From assembly GCA_051866745.1 (NCBI GenBank), contig JBJDXQ010000022.1, positions 84,533 through 148,532 on the forward strand: 64,000 bases of DNA, given 5' to 3'. The notes below the pieces were generated by a model that did not search any database, was not told the origin of the DNA, and was given only the letters and a program-made list of their open reading frames with translations. Positions 8,966 through 17,684 of this stretch are shown piece after piece; position 1 is the stretch's first letter, and each line of letters opens with the position of its first letter. The position numbers were made by a program, and so were the translations under genes. The DNA comes from Candidatus Limivicinus sp. (GTDB lineage Bacteria > Bacillota > Clostridia > Oscillospirales > Oscillospiraceae).

Positions 8966-10984
8966 TTACTCCTGCTCGGCCAGAGCCTTGGCTTCCTCAA
9001 TGACTTTCTGCTGGACATTGCCGGGAGCCTCCTCATAGCGGATGAACTTGCAGGTGAAGGAACCACGGCCCTGGGTCATGGACCGCAGGTCGATGGTGTA
9101 GGAGCTCATCTCCGCCATGGGCACCTCGGCCTCCACGGTCTGCATGCCGTCCTCGGCGTTCATGCCCAGCACGGTGCCGCGGCGCTTGGAGCTGATGTCG
9201 CTCATGATGTCGCCCAGGTTCTCATCGGGGATGGTGACCTGCAGCAGGCCGATGGGCTCAAGAATGGTGGGCTTGGCCTTGGGGATGCCGTCCTGGTAAG
9301 CCAGGCGGGCAGCGGTCTGGAAGGCCATATCGTTGGAGTCCACCGGGTGGTAGGAGCCATCGTACAGAGTGGCCTTCAGGCCAACCAGGGGATAGCCGGC
9401 CAGAACGCCCTTCACAACGGCGTTGCGCAGGCCCTTTTCCACGGAGGGGAAGAAGTTCTTGGGAACGGAGCCACCAAAGACCTCCTCGGCGAAGATCATA
9501 TCGTCCTGCTCGTCCTGGGGCTCAAAGCGAATCCAGACGTCACCGAACTGGCCGGAACCGCCGGACTGCTTCTTGTGGCGGCCATGGGATTCCACACGGC
9601 CCTTGATCTTCTCGCGGTAAGCCACACGGGCAGGCTTCAGCTCGGTCTCCACGCCGAAGCGGCTCTTCAGCTTGGCGCAGAGCACGTCCAGCTGAATGTC
9701 GCCCAGGCCGGAGAGCACCTGCTGGCGGGTCTCGGCGTTGTTGAACAGATTGAAGGAGATATCCTCCTCGTTGAGTCTGGCAAGGCCTGCGGCCACCTTG
9801 TCGTCCTGGCCCTTGGTCTTGGGGGAGATGGCCATGGAGTAGCAGGGTTCGGGCATCTGGATGGCGGGCAGCTCTACCTCGTTCTTGGGGTCGCAAACGG
9901 TGTCGCCGGTCTTCCAGTCCATCTTGCCAACGGCCACGATGTCGCCGCAGCAGGCTTCCTTCACCTCGGTGGTCTTCTTGCCGCAGATGGTGTACAGACG
10001 GCCCAGCTTATCGGTGCTGGAGGCGCGGACATTACGCAGGGACATATCGGCAGTGATCTTGCCCTGCATGACCTTCACGAAGCTGTATTTACCGAACTGG
10101 TCGGAAATGGTCTTGAACACGAAGCCAACGGTACTGCCGGCGGGCTGGATGCCTTCCACCTCGGCGGGGTTGGGAACGTAGTCCACAATACCCTGCAGCA
10201 GGGCCTCGGTGCCGATGCCGGCCATGGCGGCGCTGGCGAACACGGGCACCACGCTGCGGTCCTTCAGGCCGGCGCGGATACCGGTGACCATCTCGGCCTC
10301 GCTCAGCTCCATGGTGTCAAAGTACTTCTCCATCAGCTCCTCGGTGGCGCCGGCGGCGGTCTCCATCAGGGCCTCCCGCAGCTCTTCCACCTTGTCCGCG
10401 TCAGCGGCGGGGACAGCGACCTTGGTGGTCTTGCCGCCCTTGGTCTGGTAAGCGGTGTTATGCACAATATCGATCACGCCGGTGCCGTCGGAGGTGGGGA
10501 TGGTGACGGCGCAGACGATGCTGCCGTACTTGGCCTTCAGGGCGTCCAGCACCTTGAAGTAATCGCCGTGCTCCTCATCGCACTTGGAGATGCAGAAAGC
10601 GGCGGGGACGTTGGCGGCCTTCAGGTATTTCCATGCCCGCTCAGCGCCGACAGACAGCCCGTCCTTGGCGGAGCAAAGGATAATGCCGGTCTCGGCGGCG
10701 CGGATGGCAGCCAGGGCCTCGCCCACAAAGTCAAAGAAGCCGGGGCAGTCCAGCACGTTGATCTTGCAGCCACCGAAGTTGACAGGGGCCACAGCGGTGG
10801 AAATGGTGATCTGGCGCTTGGTTTCCTCCGCGTCATAGTCGCAGACGGTGTTGCCGTCGCTGACCTTACCCATACGGTCGATGGCGCCGGTGCTGAACAG
10901 CATGCTCTCAGCAAGGCTGGTCTTGCCGCTGTTGCCATGGCCCAGCAGGCAGATGTTGCGGATGTTTTTGGTTTCGTAGCTCAT
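8966..10984 (-). CDS. elongation factor G family GTPase (divergent EF-G paralog)
   Basis: 672 aa. It has a translational GTPase N-terminus (NICLLGHGNSGKTSL, DCPGFFDF, SKCD) and EF-G domains II-V (GDI..V.K, EPI..L.V.IP...GD...D...RRG). Confidence 0.85.
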   Translation of the reverse strand: MSYETKNIRNICLLGHGNSGKTSLAESMLFSTGAIDRMGKVSDGNTVCDYDAEETKRQITISTAVAPVNFGGCKINVLDCPGFFDFVGEALAAIRAAETGIILCSAKDGLSVGAERAWKYLKAANVPAAFCISKCDEEHGDYFKVLDALKAKYGSIVCAVTIPTSDGTGVIDIVHNTAYQTKGGKTTKVAVPAADADKVEELREALMETAAGATEELMEKYFDTMELSEAEMVTGIRAGLKDRSVVPVFASAAMAGIGTEALLQGIVDYVPNPAEVEGIQPAGSTVGFVFKTISDQFGKYSFVKVMQGKITADMSLRNVRASSTDKLGRLYTICGKKTTEVKEACCGDIVAVGKMDWKTGDTVCDPKNEVELPAIQMPEPCYSMAISPKTKGQDDKVAAGLARLNEEDISFNLFNNAETRQQVLSGLGDIQLDVLCAKLKSRFGVETELKPARVAYREKIKGRVESHGRHKKQSGGSGQFGDVWIRFEPQDEQDDMIFAEEVFGGSVPKNFFPSVEKGLRNAVVKGVLAGYPLVGLKATLYDGSYHPVDSNDMAFQTAARLAYQDGIPKAKPTILEPIGLLQVTIPDENLGDIMSDISSKRRGTVLGMNAEDGMQTVEAEVPMAEMSSYTIDLRSMTQGRGSFTCKFIRYEEAPGNVQQKVIEEAKALAEQE

Positions 10985-11050
10985 GTGTTGCTTCCTCTCT
11001 TGGTTTGATTTGTATAATTAATTATGATATTCCATAACAGCATTCAGCTT

Positions 11051-11079
11051 ATTATACACGATGTACAGGGGATTGGCAA
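11051..11079 (-). promoter_or_regulatory. sigma-A type promoter of the EF-G-like gene
   Basis: On the minus strand: TTGCCA, 17 nt, TATAAT. Confidence 0.6.
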
Positions 11080-11129
11080 CAAAAATTTGTGGACAATTAT
11101 GGATTCCGCTGATTTTCCTCCGCTCCGCG

Positions 11130-11164
11130 AAAATAAAAAATCAGCCGGTGCAAGCACCGGCTGA
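11130..11164 (-). terminator. intrinsic terminator after the 921-aa gene
   Basis: Minus-strand hairpin tcagccggtgc/gcaccggctga followed by ttttttatttt. Confidence 0.8.
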
Positions 11165-11187
11165 TGAAACGGACTTATACATTCTTT

Positions 11188-13953
11188 TCAGGGTTTGGCG
11201 CCAACAAAGAGACTGGTGAGCACCATGGGGATGGCCCAGGCCAGCTGCAGCAGGAGCAGAAAGCCCAGGGTGACGCTTCCGGCGGTCAGCAGCTTTGCGA
11301 AAACCACCACACTGCCCAGTACCGCTGCCAATACCGCCGCTGCCAGGTTGACGCGGACGGCCAGGTACATGCTGCGGCCCACATCGGCCACTTCTGTCAG
11401 AGGCCCCAGCCCCTCGTTGCAGATTACCGCGGCGATCTTGCTCTTCTCCGGGGACGGCTCCGACATGGTGAAGCGCTCCACATAGGGCGGGAAGTCGTAG
11501 CCGTCGGTGGCCAGGTCAAAGGTGTTGTGCAGCATTTCCGGGTTTACGTTGAAATCCCGCACGGCAAACACCGGGTGCCGCCCGGAGCGCACCAGCTCCA
11601 CCAGTGCCCGGCGAACCTGGGGCAGGGGGGTGTAGTTCAGACTGAAAATGCCGTAAAGGATGCCGTCAATGGCCAGCAGCACCGAGGTCTTGTCGGTAAG
11701 CCGGTAGGGGATGCGCACATTCATCAGGCGCATCAGCTCCGTCCCGCCGCAGAGGACCACATGGCCTTCAATGATGCCCTTCAGGCCGCCGCCGGAGAGA
11801 AACTCAAAACTCTCCACCTGCCGGGGGGAGCAGTGGTTCTCCTCCATCAGTCTGGCAAAGCAGCCGCTGATGCTGGCACCGGAGGCGGTCACCAGGGTAC
11901 CGGCGTAGGCAATTACCTTCTCCGTGGATTCATCGGAGAAGATGCGCACGGTGCCCATTTCAATGCTGCTCTCCGGGAACAGGTCCCGGTCGGTGACGAT
12001 CAGGTTCCGGCTGGCGCCGATGTCGCACAGGCCGGACCAGCCGGCAATGGCGGCGCCGCTTTTGAAGATGCGAACGGAGCCCACAAAGTAGGGCAGGGCA
12101 AAGGCCAGCAGCCCACAGAAGGGGGCCGCCGGGGCCAGAATGGCGGAGAAAATGAACACAAAATCCGCAAAGGTCTTTTTCACCGCGGCGATCACCAGGC
12201 TCAACACCAGCGCCAGCACAATCAGCACCGGCCCCAGTTTGATAAACAGGGTCTCGTCCGGGGCGGCCTCCTCCGTGCGGCGGACGAAGCCCTTGGCAGA
12301 GCGCAGGGATTTCAGCAGGGTCAATTCATCCTTACGCAGCTTGGTCTCGCCTGTGACGGCATAAAAGTGCTTGCCAATGGCCGGCACCCGCAGGGCCTTA
12401 CGGATGCCCCGGGTGCTGAGGGAGGAGGAGAGCATCACGCCGATGAGGGACAGGCTGGACACGGCGCACAGCGGGGTGTGCAGCGCCGCCGAGTCGGACA
12501 GGGCTACAATCAGCCCGTCCAGACTGGTGAGCAGGCAGGACAGCACTGCCAGCGCATCCGCACCCACCTTGCCTCTGGCGGCGTTCAGGATACCGCCGGT
12601 GACCACATCCAGGCACAGCAGCATGATGGCAAACTGCAAGGCGCAGCAGGCCGCTGCCGTCACCGGCAGATGCTGCAGCATCCCCGTCAGGGGCAGGCCC
12701 AGGGACAGATAGCACAGCAGCACTTCCAGCAGCACTGCCAGCCGCAGCCGCAGCCGCTGGGACCGCATGAAGGAGCCGTAGTAGCGGCAGGCGCCGGCCG
12801 GGGTCAGCTCCGGCCCCAGGTCCTCCTCGCTGTCGCTCATGGTGCTGGTGGTCACGCTGCGGTTGGTGCCCCGCAGGCGGAGGAAAGCGGAAGCCACCAG
12901 CGAGGCCACATACTCCCGGAAGCTGGGCAGGTCGTCCTCCAGGTCCAGCTCCCTGTCCCTGGCAGACCGACGGCCGAAGCCCGCTTCTTCCTCGTCATAA
13001 TCGTCGTAACGGTCGTCCTCGGCATAGCTGCCGCCGGGCACGGCCTGATAATCCCGGAAGCTGCCGGCATAGTCGGCATATTCCGCCGCCTGACTCTCCC
13101 GGGGTTCCTCCGGCTGGGTCTCATAGTCGGAGGTATAGCCTTCCTCCGGCTTGTCCTTCCGGCACTTTTTGAAGATTCCTTTCCTGCGCCCGGTACCGGC
13201 GTCCTCATCCTCCGGGACGTCGCTTTCCGTTTCCGGCGCCCAGTGGCGCAGGTCGTGCTCCGGCTGGACAGAGGGGCTGTAGCCCTGATCGGCGCTCATA
13301 TCAACGGCGCGGCTGCCGAAGACGAAACCCTCCTGCTTTTTCTTTCCGCTGAGATTGAAGCGGCTGTCAAACTCTTCCGCCTGCTCTGGCTCTTGCCGCG
13401 GGGAGCGGTCCACCGGCGGTCGGTAAGGCCGTTCGTCCTCGCCGATGGGGGCGTAGAGATCCACTTCTTCCCTTTTGGGCGCGGCCTGGGCCGCGTCCTG
13501 GCGGAGCCGGGCGATGGTGTCCAGCGCGTCCTGCTCCATGGCGCCCAGATTGCCGGTGTGAAGCTCCGCCGGAGCCTGACCGTAGATACGCACATCGTCG
13601 TCACCGGCAAAGCGCTGGGGCGCCGGGGCCTCCGCCGGCTCGTCGTAGTACTGGGCAAAGATCTTGTCAAACACCGCGTCAAAATCCGACTCGGGGCTGT
13701 TGTCCGGGCTGTAGTACGCCTCCTCCGGCTGCCTGCCGGCATAGTCCGGCTCGTAGACCTCGGAGTCATAGTAGTCCTCGGCCCCGCCCTGGGAGGAGCT
13801 GTAGTATTCGCCCCGGCCGTCCGGCTCCGGGCTATAGCGGGGCTGCAAGCGTTCCTCCGCCTGGTACTCGGCCAGAATATCCTCTACGGAAAGTTCTTCT
13901 TCAGATTCAGTTTTCAGTTCACGCGGCTTCTGCTTATGACTGAAAAGTTTCAT
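11188..13953 (-). CDS. membrane protein with a degenerate P-type-ATPase-like core and a long acidic Tyr-rich N-terminal region
   Basis: 921 aa. The first roughly 385 aa are low complexity (E/D/Y/P/S). The remainder follows P1B-ATPase order, but the signature motifs are changed (see finding). Confidence 0.75.
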   Translation of the reverse strand: MKLFSHKQKPRELKTESEEELSVEDILAEYQAEERLQPRYSPEPDGRGEYYSSSQGGAEDYYDSEVYEPDYAGRQPEEAYYSPDNSPESDFDAVFDKIFAQYYDEPAEAPAPQRFAGDDDVRIYGQAPAELHTGNLGAMEQDALDTIARLRQDAAQAAPKREEVDLYAPIGEDERPYRPPVDRSPRQEPEQAEEFDSRFNLSGKKKQEGFVFGSRAVDMSADQGYSPSVQPEHDLRHWAPETESDVPEDEDAGTGRRKGIFKKCRKDKPEEGYTSDYETQPEEPRESQAAEYADYAGSFRDYQAVPGGSYAEDDRYDDYDEEEAGFGRRSARDRELDLEDDLPSFREYVASLVASAFLRLRGTNRSVTTSTMSDSEEDLGPELTPAGACRYYGSFMRSQRLRLRLAVLLEVLLCYLSLGLPLTGMLQHLPVTAAACCALQFAIMLLCLDVVTGGILNAARGKVGADALAVLSCLLTSLDGLIVALSDSAALHTPLCAVSSLSLIGVMLSSSLSTRGIRKALRVPAIGKHFYAVTGETKLRKDELTLLKSLRSAKGFVRRTEEAAPDETLFIKLGPVLIVLALVLSLVIAAVKKTFADFVFIFSAILAPAAPFCGLLAFALPYFVGSVRIFKSGAAIAGWSGLCDIGASRNLIVTDRDLFPESSIEMGTVRIFSDESTEKVIAYAGTLVTASGASISGCFARLMEENHCSPRQVESFEFLSGGGLKGIIEGHVVLCGGTELMRLMNVRIPYRLTDKTSVLLAIDGILYGIFSLNYTPLPQVRRALVELVRSGRHPVFAVRDFNVNPEMLHNTFDLATDGYDFPPYVERFTMSEPSPEKSKIAAVICNEGLGPLTEVADVGRSMYLAVRVNLAAAVLAAVLGSVVVFAKLLTAGSVTLGFLLLLQLAWAIPMVLTSLFVGAKP

Positions 13954-13986
13954 GGCAATTTCCTATCGATCGTTTTTTCTGCTCTG

Positions 13987-14748
13987 TCAGCAGCCGCTGC
14001 GCTGCCGCAGAACCTCATACATGGTAACCGCTGCCGCCGCGGAGGCGTTGAGGGAGCTGACCTTGCCCTTCATGGGCAGACGCACCACAAAGTCGCAGTT
14101 TTCCTTCACCAGCCGGCCCATGCCGTCCCCTTCGGAACCGATCACCAGGGCCATGGCCCCGGTAAAGTCCGTGTGCCACAGGTCGCTTTGGCCGTCGGCT
14201 GCCGTGCCGTAGACCCAAAGCCCCTGCTCCTTCAGCTCCTTGATGGCGGCGGAGATGTTGGGCACCCGGGCGATCAGCGCATGCTCCGCCGCGCCGGCGG
14301 AAGCCTTGTCCACAATGGCGGTGAGCCCGGCGCTGCGGCGCTTGGGGATGATGATGCCGTGGGCACCGGCGCACTCGGCAGAGCGGATGATGGCGCCCAG
14401 ATTGTGGGGGTCGCTGATCTCATCGCAGACGATGACGAAGGGCGGCTCCTGCCGCTGCTCCGCCAGGGCCAGAATATCGCTGATCTGGCAGTATTCCCGC
14501 ACACCGGCCAGGGCAATAACCCCCTGGTGGGCGTGGGTCTGGCTCATGAAGTCCAGCTTGCGCCGGTCGGCCTCCACCACCACAACGCCCTTCTCCCGGG
14601 CCTTGGAGGCGATGTGCCCCAGGGTCTTGTCCACATCGCCCTTGGCGATGAATATCTTGTCAATGGCCCGGCCGGCCCGCAGGGCCTCAATGACCGCGTT
14701 GCGGCCTTCTATCATGTCGTTTTTGATCTCGTTATCTCTTTCCACCAT
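13987..14748 (-). CDS. rlmB: TrmH-family 23S rRNA 2-prime-O-methyltransferase (RlmB-like)
   Basis: IEGRNAVIEALRAGRAIDKIFIAKG N-terminal domain and a SpoU core (GAIIRSAE..GA, LVIGSEG.GM, LNASAAAA). The start is uncertain (ATG at 14748 or 14766). Confidence 0.85.
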   Translation of the reverse strand: MVERDNEIKNDMIEGRNAVIEALRAGRAIDKIFIAKGDVDKTLGHIASKAREKGVVVVEADRRKLDFMSQTHAHQGVIALAGVREYCQISDILALAEQRQEPPFVIVCDEISDPHNLGAIIRSAECAGAHGIIIPKRRSAGLTAIVDKASAGAAEHALIARVPNISAAIKELKEQGLWVYGTAADGQSDLWHTDFTGAMALVIGSEGDGMGRLVKENCDFVVRLPMKGKVSSLNASAAAAVTMYEVLRQRSGC

Positions 14749-14904
14749 GTATATCGTAAGCTCCATTTCGCTGTCAGCATAATATATCAGCCTACATAGT
14801 AACACAGACCGGCGGATATGGAAAGCCCCAGTTTTTTGAATTTACAAAATTTTATAGACTTTGGCAGAAAGACAGGGTATATTATAGTGTAAAGATTTAC
14901 CAGA

Positions 14905-15750
14905 ATGGAGAATCCTATGAGAAATCCCATGAACCGTATCGAGCGCTTCTGCTATGAGCACCCCAACTTCGGCATTAAAAATCTGATGATGTATATCAGC
15001 ATTGCCAACGTGGCCTTCTGGGTCCTGGGCGCCATCAACCGGCCCTTTTTGTCCTACCTGAGCTTTGACGCCGCCGCCATCCTCCATGGCCAGGTCTGGC
15101 GGCTGGTCACCTTCATGCTCTATCCCCCCAGCACGGGGCTTCTGGCCTTCATCGCCTTTTACTTTTATTATTGGATCGGCTCCACCCTGGAGCAGTATTG
15201 GGGCAGCGGCCAGTTCACCATCTATTTCTTCTCCGGCGTCATTCTCACCATCCTCTATGGCTTCCTGATCTATTTCATCACCGGCAGCAACGTGCGGCTG
15301 GACTCTCAGTATATCTACCTGTCCATGTTCTTCTCCTTTGCCGCCCTGTTCCCGGATATGCAGGTGCTGTTTATGTACATCATCCCCATCAAGATGAAGT
15401 ACCTGGCCATTGTGGACGCGGTGTTCTTTGCCCTGGCCGTTATCACCAACCCCTTCCCGGTGAACCTGCTGCCCATCGTGGCGGTGCTGAACTTCTTCCT
15501 GTTCTGCGGCGGGGACCTGCTGAGCCATGTCCGCCCCAACCGGACCAGCCGGAGCACTGTGAACTTCCGCAAGGAATCCCGCCGTATCCGCCGGGAGCAG
15601 CAGTCCAAGCTCTACACCCATAAGTGCGCCGTCTGCGGCCGCACCGATGTGGACTATCCCAACCTGGAGTTTCGCTATTGCTCCCGCTGCCAGGGCTATC
15701 ACTGCTTCTGCATCGACCATATCAATAACCACATCCACTTTACCGAGTGA
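14905..15750 (+). CDS. rhomboid-fold-like polytopic membrane protein with C-terminal Cys-rich zinc-ribbon
   Basis: HGQVWRLVTFMLYP and WIGSTLEQYWGSGQF resemble rhomboid TM2/TM3. The C-terminus is CAVCGR...CSRCQGYHCFCIDH. Confidence 0.65.
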   Translation: MENPMRNPMNRIERFCYEHPNFGIKNLMMYISIANVAFWVLGAINRPFLSYLSFDAAAILHGQVWRLVTFMLYPPSTGLLAFIAFYFYYWIGSTLEQYWGSGQFTIYFFSGVILTILYGFLIYFITGSNVRLDSQYIYLSMFFSFAALFPDMQVLFMYIIPIKMKYLAIVDAVFFALAVITNPFPVNLLPIVAVLNFFLFCGGDLLSHVRPNRTSRSTVNFRKESRRIRREQQSKLYTHKCAVCGRTDVDYPNLEFRYCSRCQGYHCFCIDHINNHIHFTE

Positions 15751-15760
15751 GCGATTTTGA

Positions 15761-15797
15761 AAAACCGGCGCGGCCTGTCAGCCCGCGCCGGTTTTTT
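15761..15797 (+). terminator. intrinsic terminator
   Basis: Hairpin aaaaccggcgcgg/cccgcgccggtttttt. Confidence 0.8.
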
Positions 15798-15921
15798 AGC
15801 GTCTATAAAAACAACACAATCTCCTGAAAAAACGCGCTATCGAAAGGGAGGGCTTTACGGTAAAATACAGGCATAAAGAAAAAACAGCGCCTGCCCGGCG
15901 CTTTAAAAAGGAGAGGTTTCC

Positions 15922-16146
15922 ATGAACAAATCCGCTTCCCTCACTCTGGCCCTGACCCTCTGCGCCCTGCTGTTTGACGCCATGCGCCGGGACTACGCCA
16001 GCCAGGTCTTTACTGTCAACTCCTCACCCTACGCCGTGGAGGTCTACCGGCACCTGGGCTTTACCCCTACGGACACGGAGCAGCTTACCAACGGCATCCG
16101 CTATACCCCCATGCGCTTTGAAGAAAAAGAGCAAAGCCAGCTGTAA
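15922..16146 (+). CDS. 74-aa ORF resembling only the C-terminal part of a GNAT acetyltransferase (possible remnant)
   Basis: Good RBS (AAGGAGAGG). However, only VNSSPYAVEVYRHLGFTPTD...YTPM looks GNAT-like, and the acetyl-CoA-binding motif A is absent. Confidence 0.4.
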   Translation: MNKSASLTLALTLCALLFDAMRRDYASQVFTVNSSPYAVEVYRHLGFTPTDTEQLTNGIRYTPMRFEEKEQSQL

Positions 16147-16150
16147 CATA

Positions 16151-16197
16151 AAAAAAGGAATGAGAATTGCACATTCATGCAATTCTCATTCCTTTTT
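16151..16197. terminator. bidirectional terminator
   Basis: 20-bp stem aaaaaggaatgagaattgca/tgcaattctcattccttttt. Confidence 0.8.
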
Positions 16198-16205
16198 CAG
16201 CTGCC

Positions 16206-16922
16206 TCAGTCCAGAATGCGGCCGTCTCTGGAGATGGTCACCACCTGCCAGGGGATGAACTTGCCGCTGGCTTTCAGGGCGTTTTCCGCCGCCCGCTGAA
16301 GTCCGCCGCAGCAGGGAACGTCCATGCGCACAATGGTGACGCTTTTAATGTCATTGCCGCTTATGATCTGGCTCAGCTTTTCGGTGTAATCCACCCCGTC
16401 CAGCTTGGGGCAGCCGATGACCGTGACCTTGCCCCGCATGAAGTCCTCATGCATCCCGGCATAGGCGTAGGCGGTGCAGTCCGCCGCGATCAGCAGCCCG
16501 GCCCCGTCGTAGAAGGGGGCCTTTGCCGGCAGCAGCTTCAGCTGTACCGGCCACTGCTTCAGCCGGGACACCGGCTTTACAGCGGCTGCCGCCGGGCTGT
16601 CCTCCCCATGCTGAAGCCCCATGACGGCGGAGCCGGGGCAGCCGGACAGGGGGCGGTGCTCCTGGGTCAGCTTTTCCGCCGCCTTTTTTCTCTGGCTCTC
16701 CTTTACTGCCGCCTCGTCATAGGCGGGGGCTTCCCGCTGCTCAAAGCGGATGGCCCCTGTGGGGCACTGGGGCAGGCAGTCGCCAAAGCCGTCGCAGAAG
16801 TTCTCCCGCACCAGCCTGGCCTTGCCCTCTACCATGTCGATGGCCCCCTCATGGCAGGCCTGGGCGCACAGGCCGCAGCCGTTACATTTTTCTTCATCTA
16901 TGCGAATGATTTGTCTGATCAT
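16206..16922 (-). CDS. 4Fe-4S dicluster ferredoxin-domain protein
   Basis: Contains CNGCGLCAQACHEGAI and CDGFGDCLPQCPTGAI, plus a C-terminal Cys-containing domain (GCPKLDG...VPCCGGL). Confidence 0.8.
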   Translation of the reverse strand: MIRQIIRIDEEKCNGCGLCAQACHEGAIDMVEGKARLVRENFCDGFGDCLPQCPTGAIRFEQREAPAYDEAAVKESQRKKAAEKLTQEHRPLSGCPGSAVMGLQHGEDSPAAAAVKPVSRLKQWPVQLKLLPAKAPFYDGAGLLIAADCTAYAYAGMHEDFMRGKVTVIGCPKLDGVDYTEKLSQIISGNDIKSVTIVRMDVPCCGGLQRAAENALKASGKFIPWQVVTISRDGRILD

Positions 16923-16977
16923 GTTGATAACCTCCTTGCTTTTCTGGCTAAAGTGTAATAAAGTCTAAAGAAAAAGT

Positions 16978-16995
16978 ATGTGGTTATAACCACAT
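16978..16995. promoter_or_regulatory. perfect 18-bp palindrome, candidate Crp/Fnr-family operator
   Basis: ATGTGGTTATAACCACAT has a TGTGG-N6-CCACA layout, like the CRP-type TGTGA-N6-TCACA. It lies in the divergent intergenic region next to a Crp/Fnr gene. Confidence 0.4.
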
Positions 16996-17021
16996 ACCAG
17001 AAAGAATCGGGAGGGAAATTT

Positions 17022-17681
17022 ATGGATTTGGAGGCCGTTCGGGACAATTTACTCTTCCAGGGCATGACAGAGGCGGAGCTGAGCGCCTGCGTGTCCGCCC
17101 TCTCCGCCCGGGAGAAGCAGTACCCCAGAGGCAGCCTGATTCTCCGGGCGGGGGAGACCACCGACTGCATGGGCATCGTCCTTACCGGCAGCGTGACCAT
17201 TGAAAGCAACGATGCCTGGGGCGGCTGCACTGTCCTCAGCCATGTGGGCCAAGGCGGCTTCTTTGCCGAGACCTATGCCCTGCTGCACCGGGAGGCCATG
17301 CTTGTGGACGTCCGGGCCAATGAGGACAGCCGCATCCTGTTTCTGAACCTGGGCGGCCTGGCCGGTGCGGCCCATACCCCGGCACCGTGGCAGTATCAGC
17401 TGACGGCAAAGCTGCTGCTCATCTCGGCTCACAAAAACCTCGCCCTTACCGGCCGCAGCTTCCACACCGCGCCCAAAACCATCCGCGGCCGCATCCTGTC
17501 CTACCTGAACGCGGTGTCTCTCCAGCAGCATTCCGCCGCCTTTGACATCCCCTTTGACCGCCAGCAGCTGGCGGACTACCTGAACGTAGAGCGGACGGCC
17601 CTCTCCAAGGAACTGGGGAAGATGCGGGCAGAGGGCCTGATCCGATGCCGCCGGAACCATTTTGAGATTCTGGGGAACTAG
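17022..17681 (+). CDS. Crp/Fnr family transcriptional regulator
   Basis: A cNMP-binding-like N-terminal domain (LFQGMTEAEL...) and a C-terminal HTH (RQQLADYLNVERTALSKELGKM). GGGAGGG RBS lies before the ATG at 17022. Confidence 0.85.
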   Translation: MDLEAVRDNLLFQGMTEAELSACVSALSAREKQYPRGSLILRAGETTDCMGIVLTGSVTIESNDAWGGCTVLSHVGQGGFFAETYALLHREAMLVDVRANEDSRILFLNLGGLAGAAHTPAPWQYQLTAKLLLISAHKNLALTGRSFHTAPKTIRGRILSYLNAVSLQQHSAAFDIPFDRQQLADYLNVERTALSKELGKMRAEGLIRCRRNHFEILGN

Positions 17682-17684
17682 GGT

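Noticed and set aside
8966-10984. The EF-G-like protein as a TetM/TetO-type ribosomal protection (tetracycline resistance) gene.
   Set aside because: The N-terminus and G motifs do not match the highly conserved TetM/TetO pattern (AHVDAGKTT, DTPGHMDF, NKID). No mobile-element context is present. I treat it as a chromosomal EF-G paralog.
11164-14799. Very long ORFs antisense to well-supported genes: 1211 aa at 11164..14799 (+), 682 aa at 8960..11008 (+), 891 aa at 39703..42378 (+), 596 aa at 59214..61004 (-), 464 aa at 1424..2818 (-), and many others of 100-470 aa.
   Set aside because: Their translations are Gly/Ala/Arg/His/Gln-rich and low in complexity. They have no motifs and no RBS, and each lies exactly opposite a gene with strong family signatures. 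These are typical shadow ORFs of high-GC DNA, where stop codons are rare.
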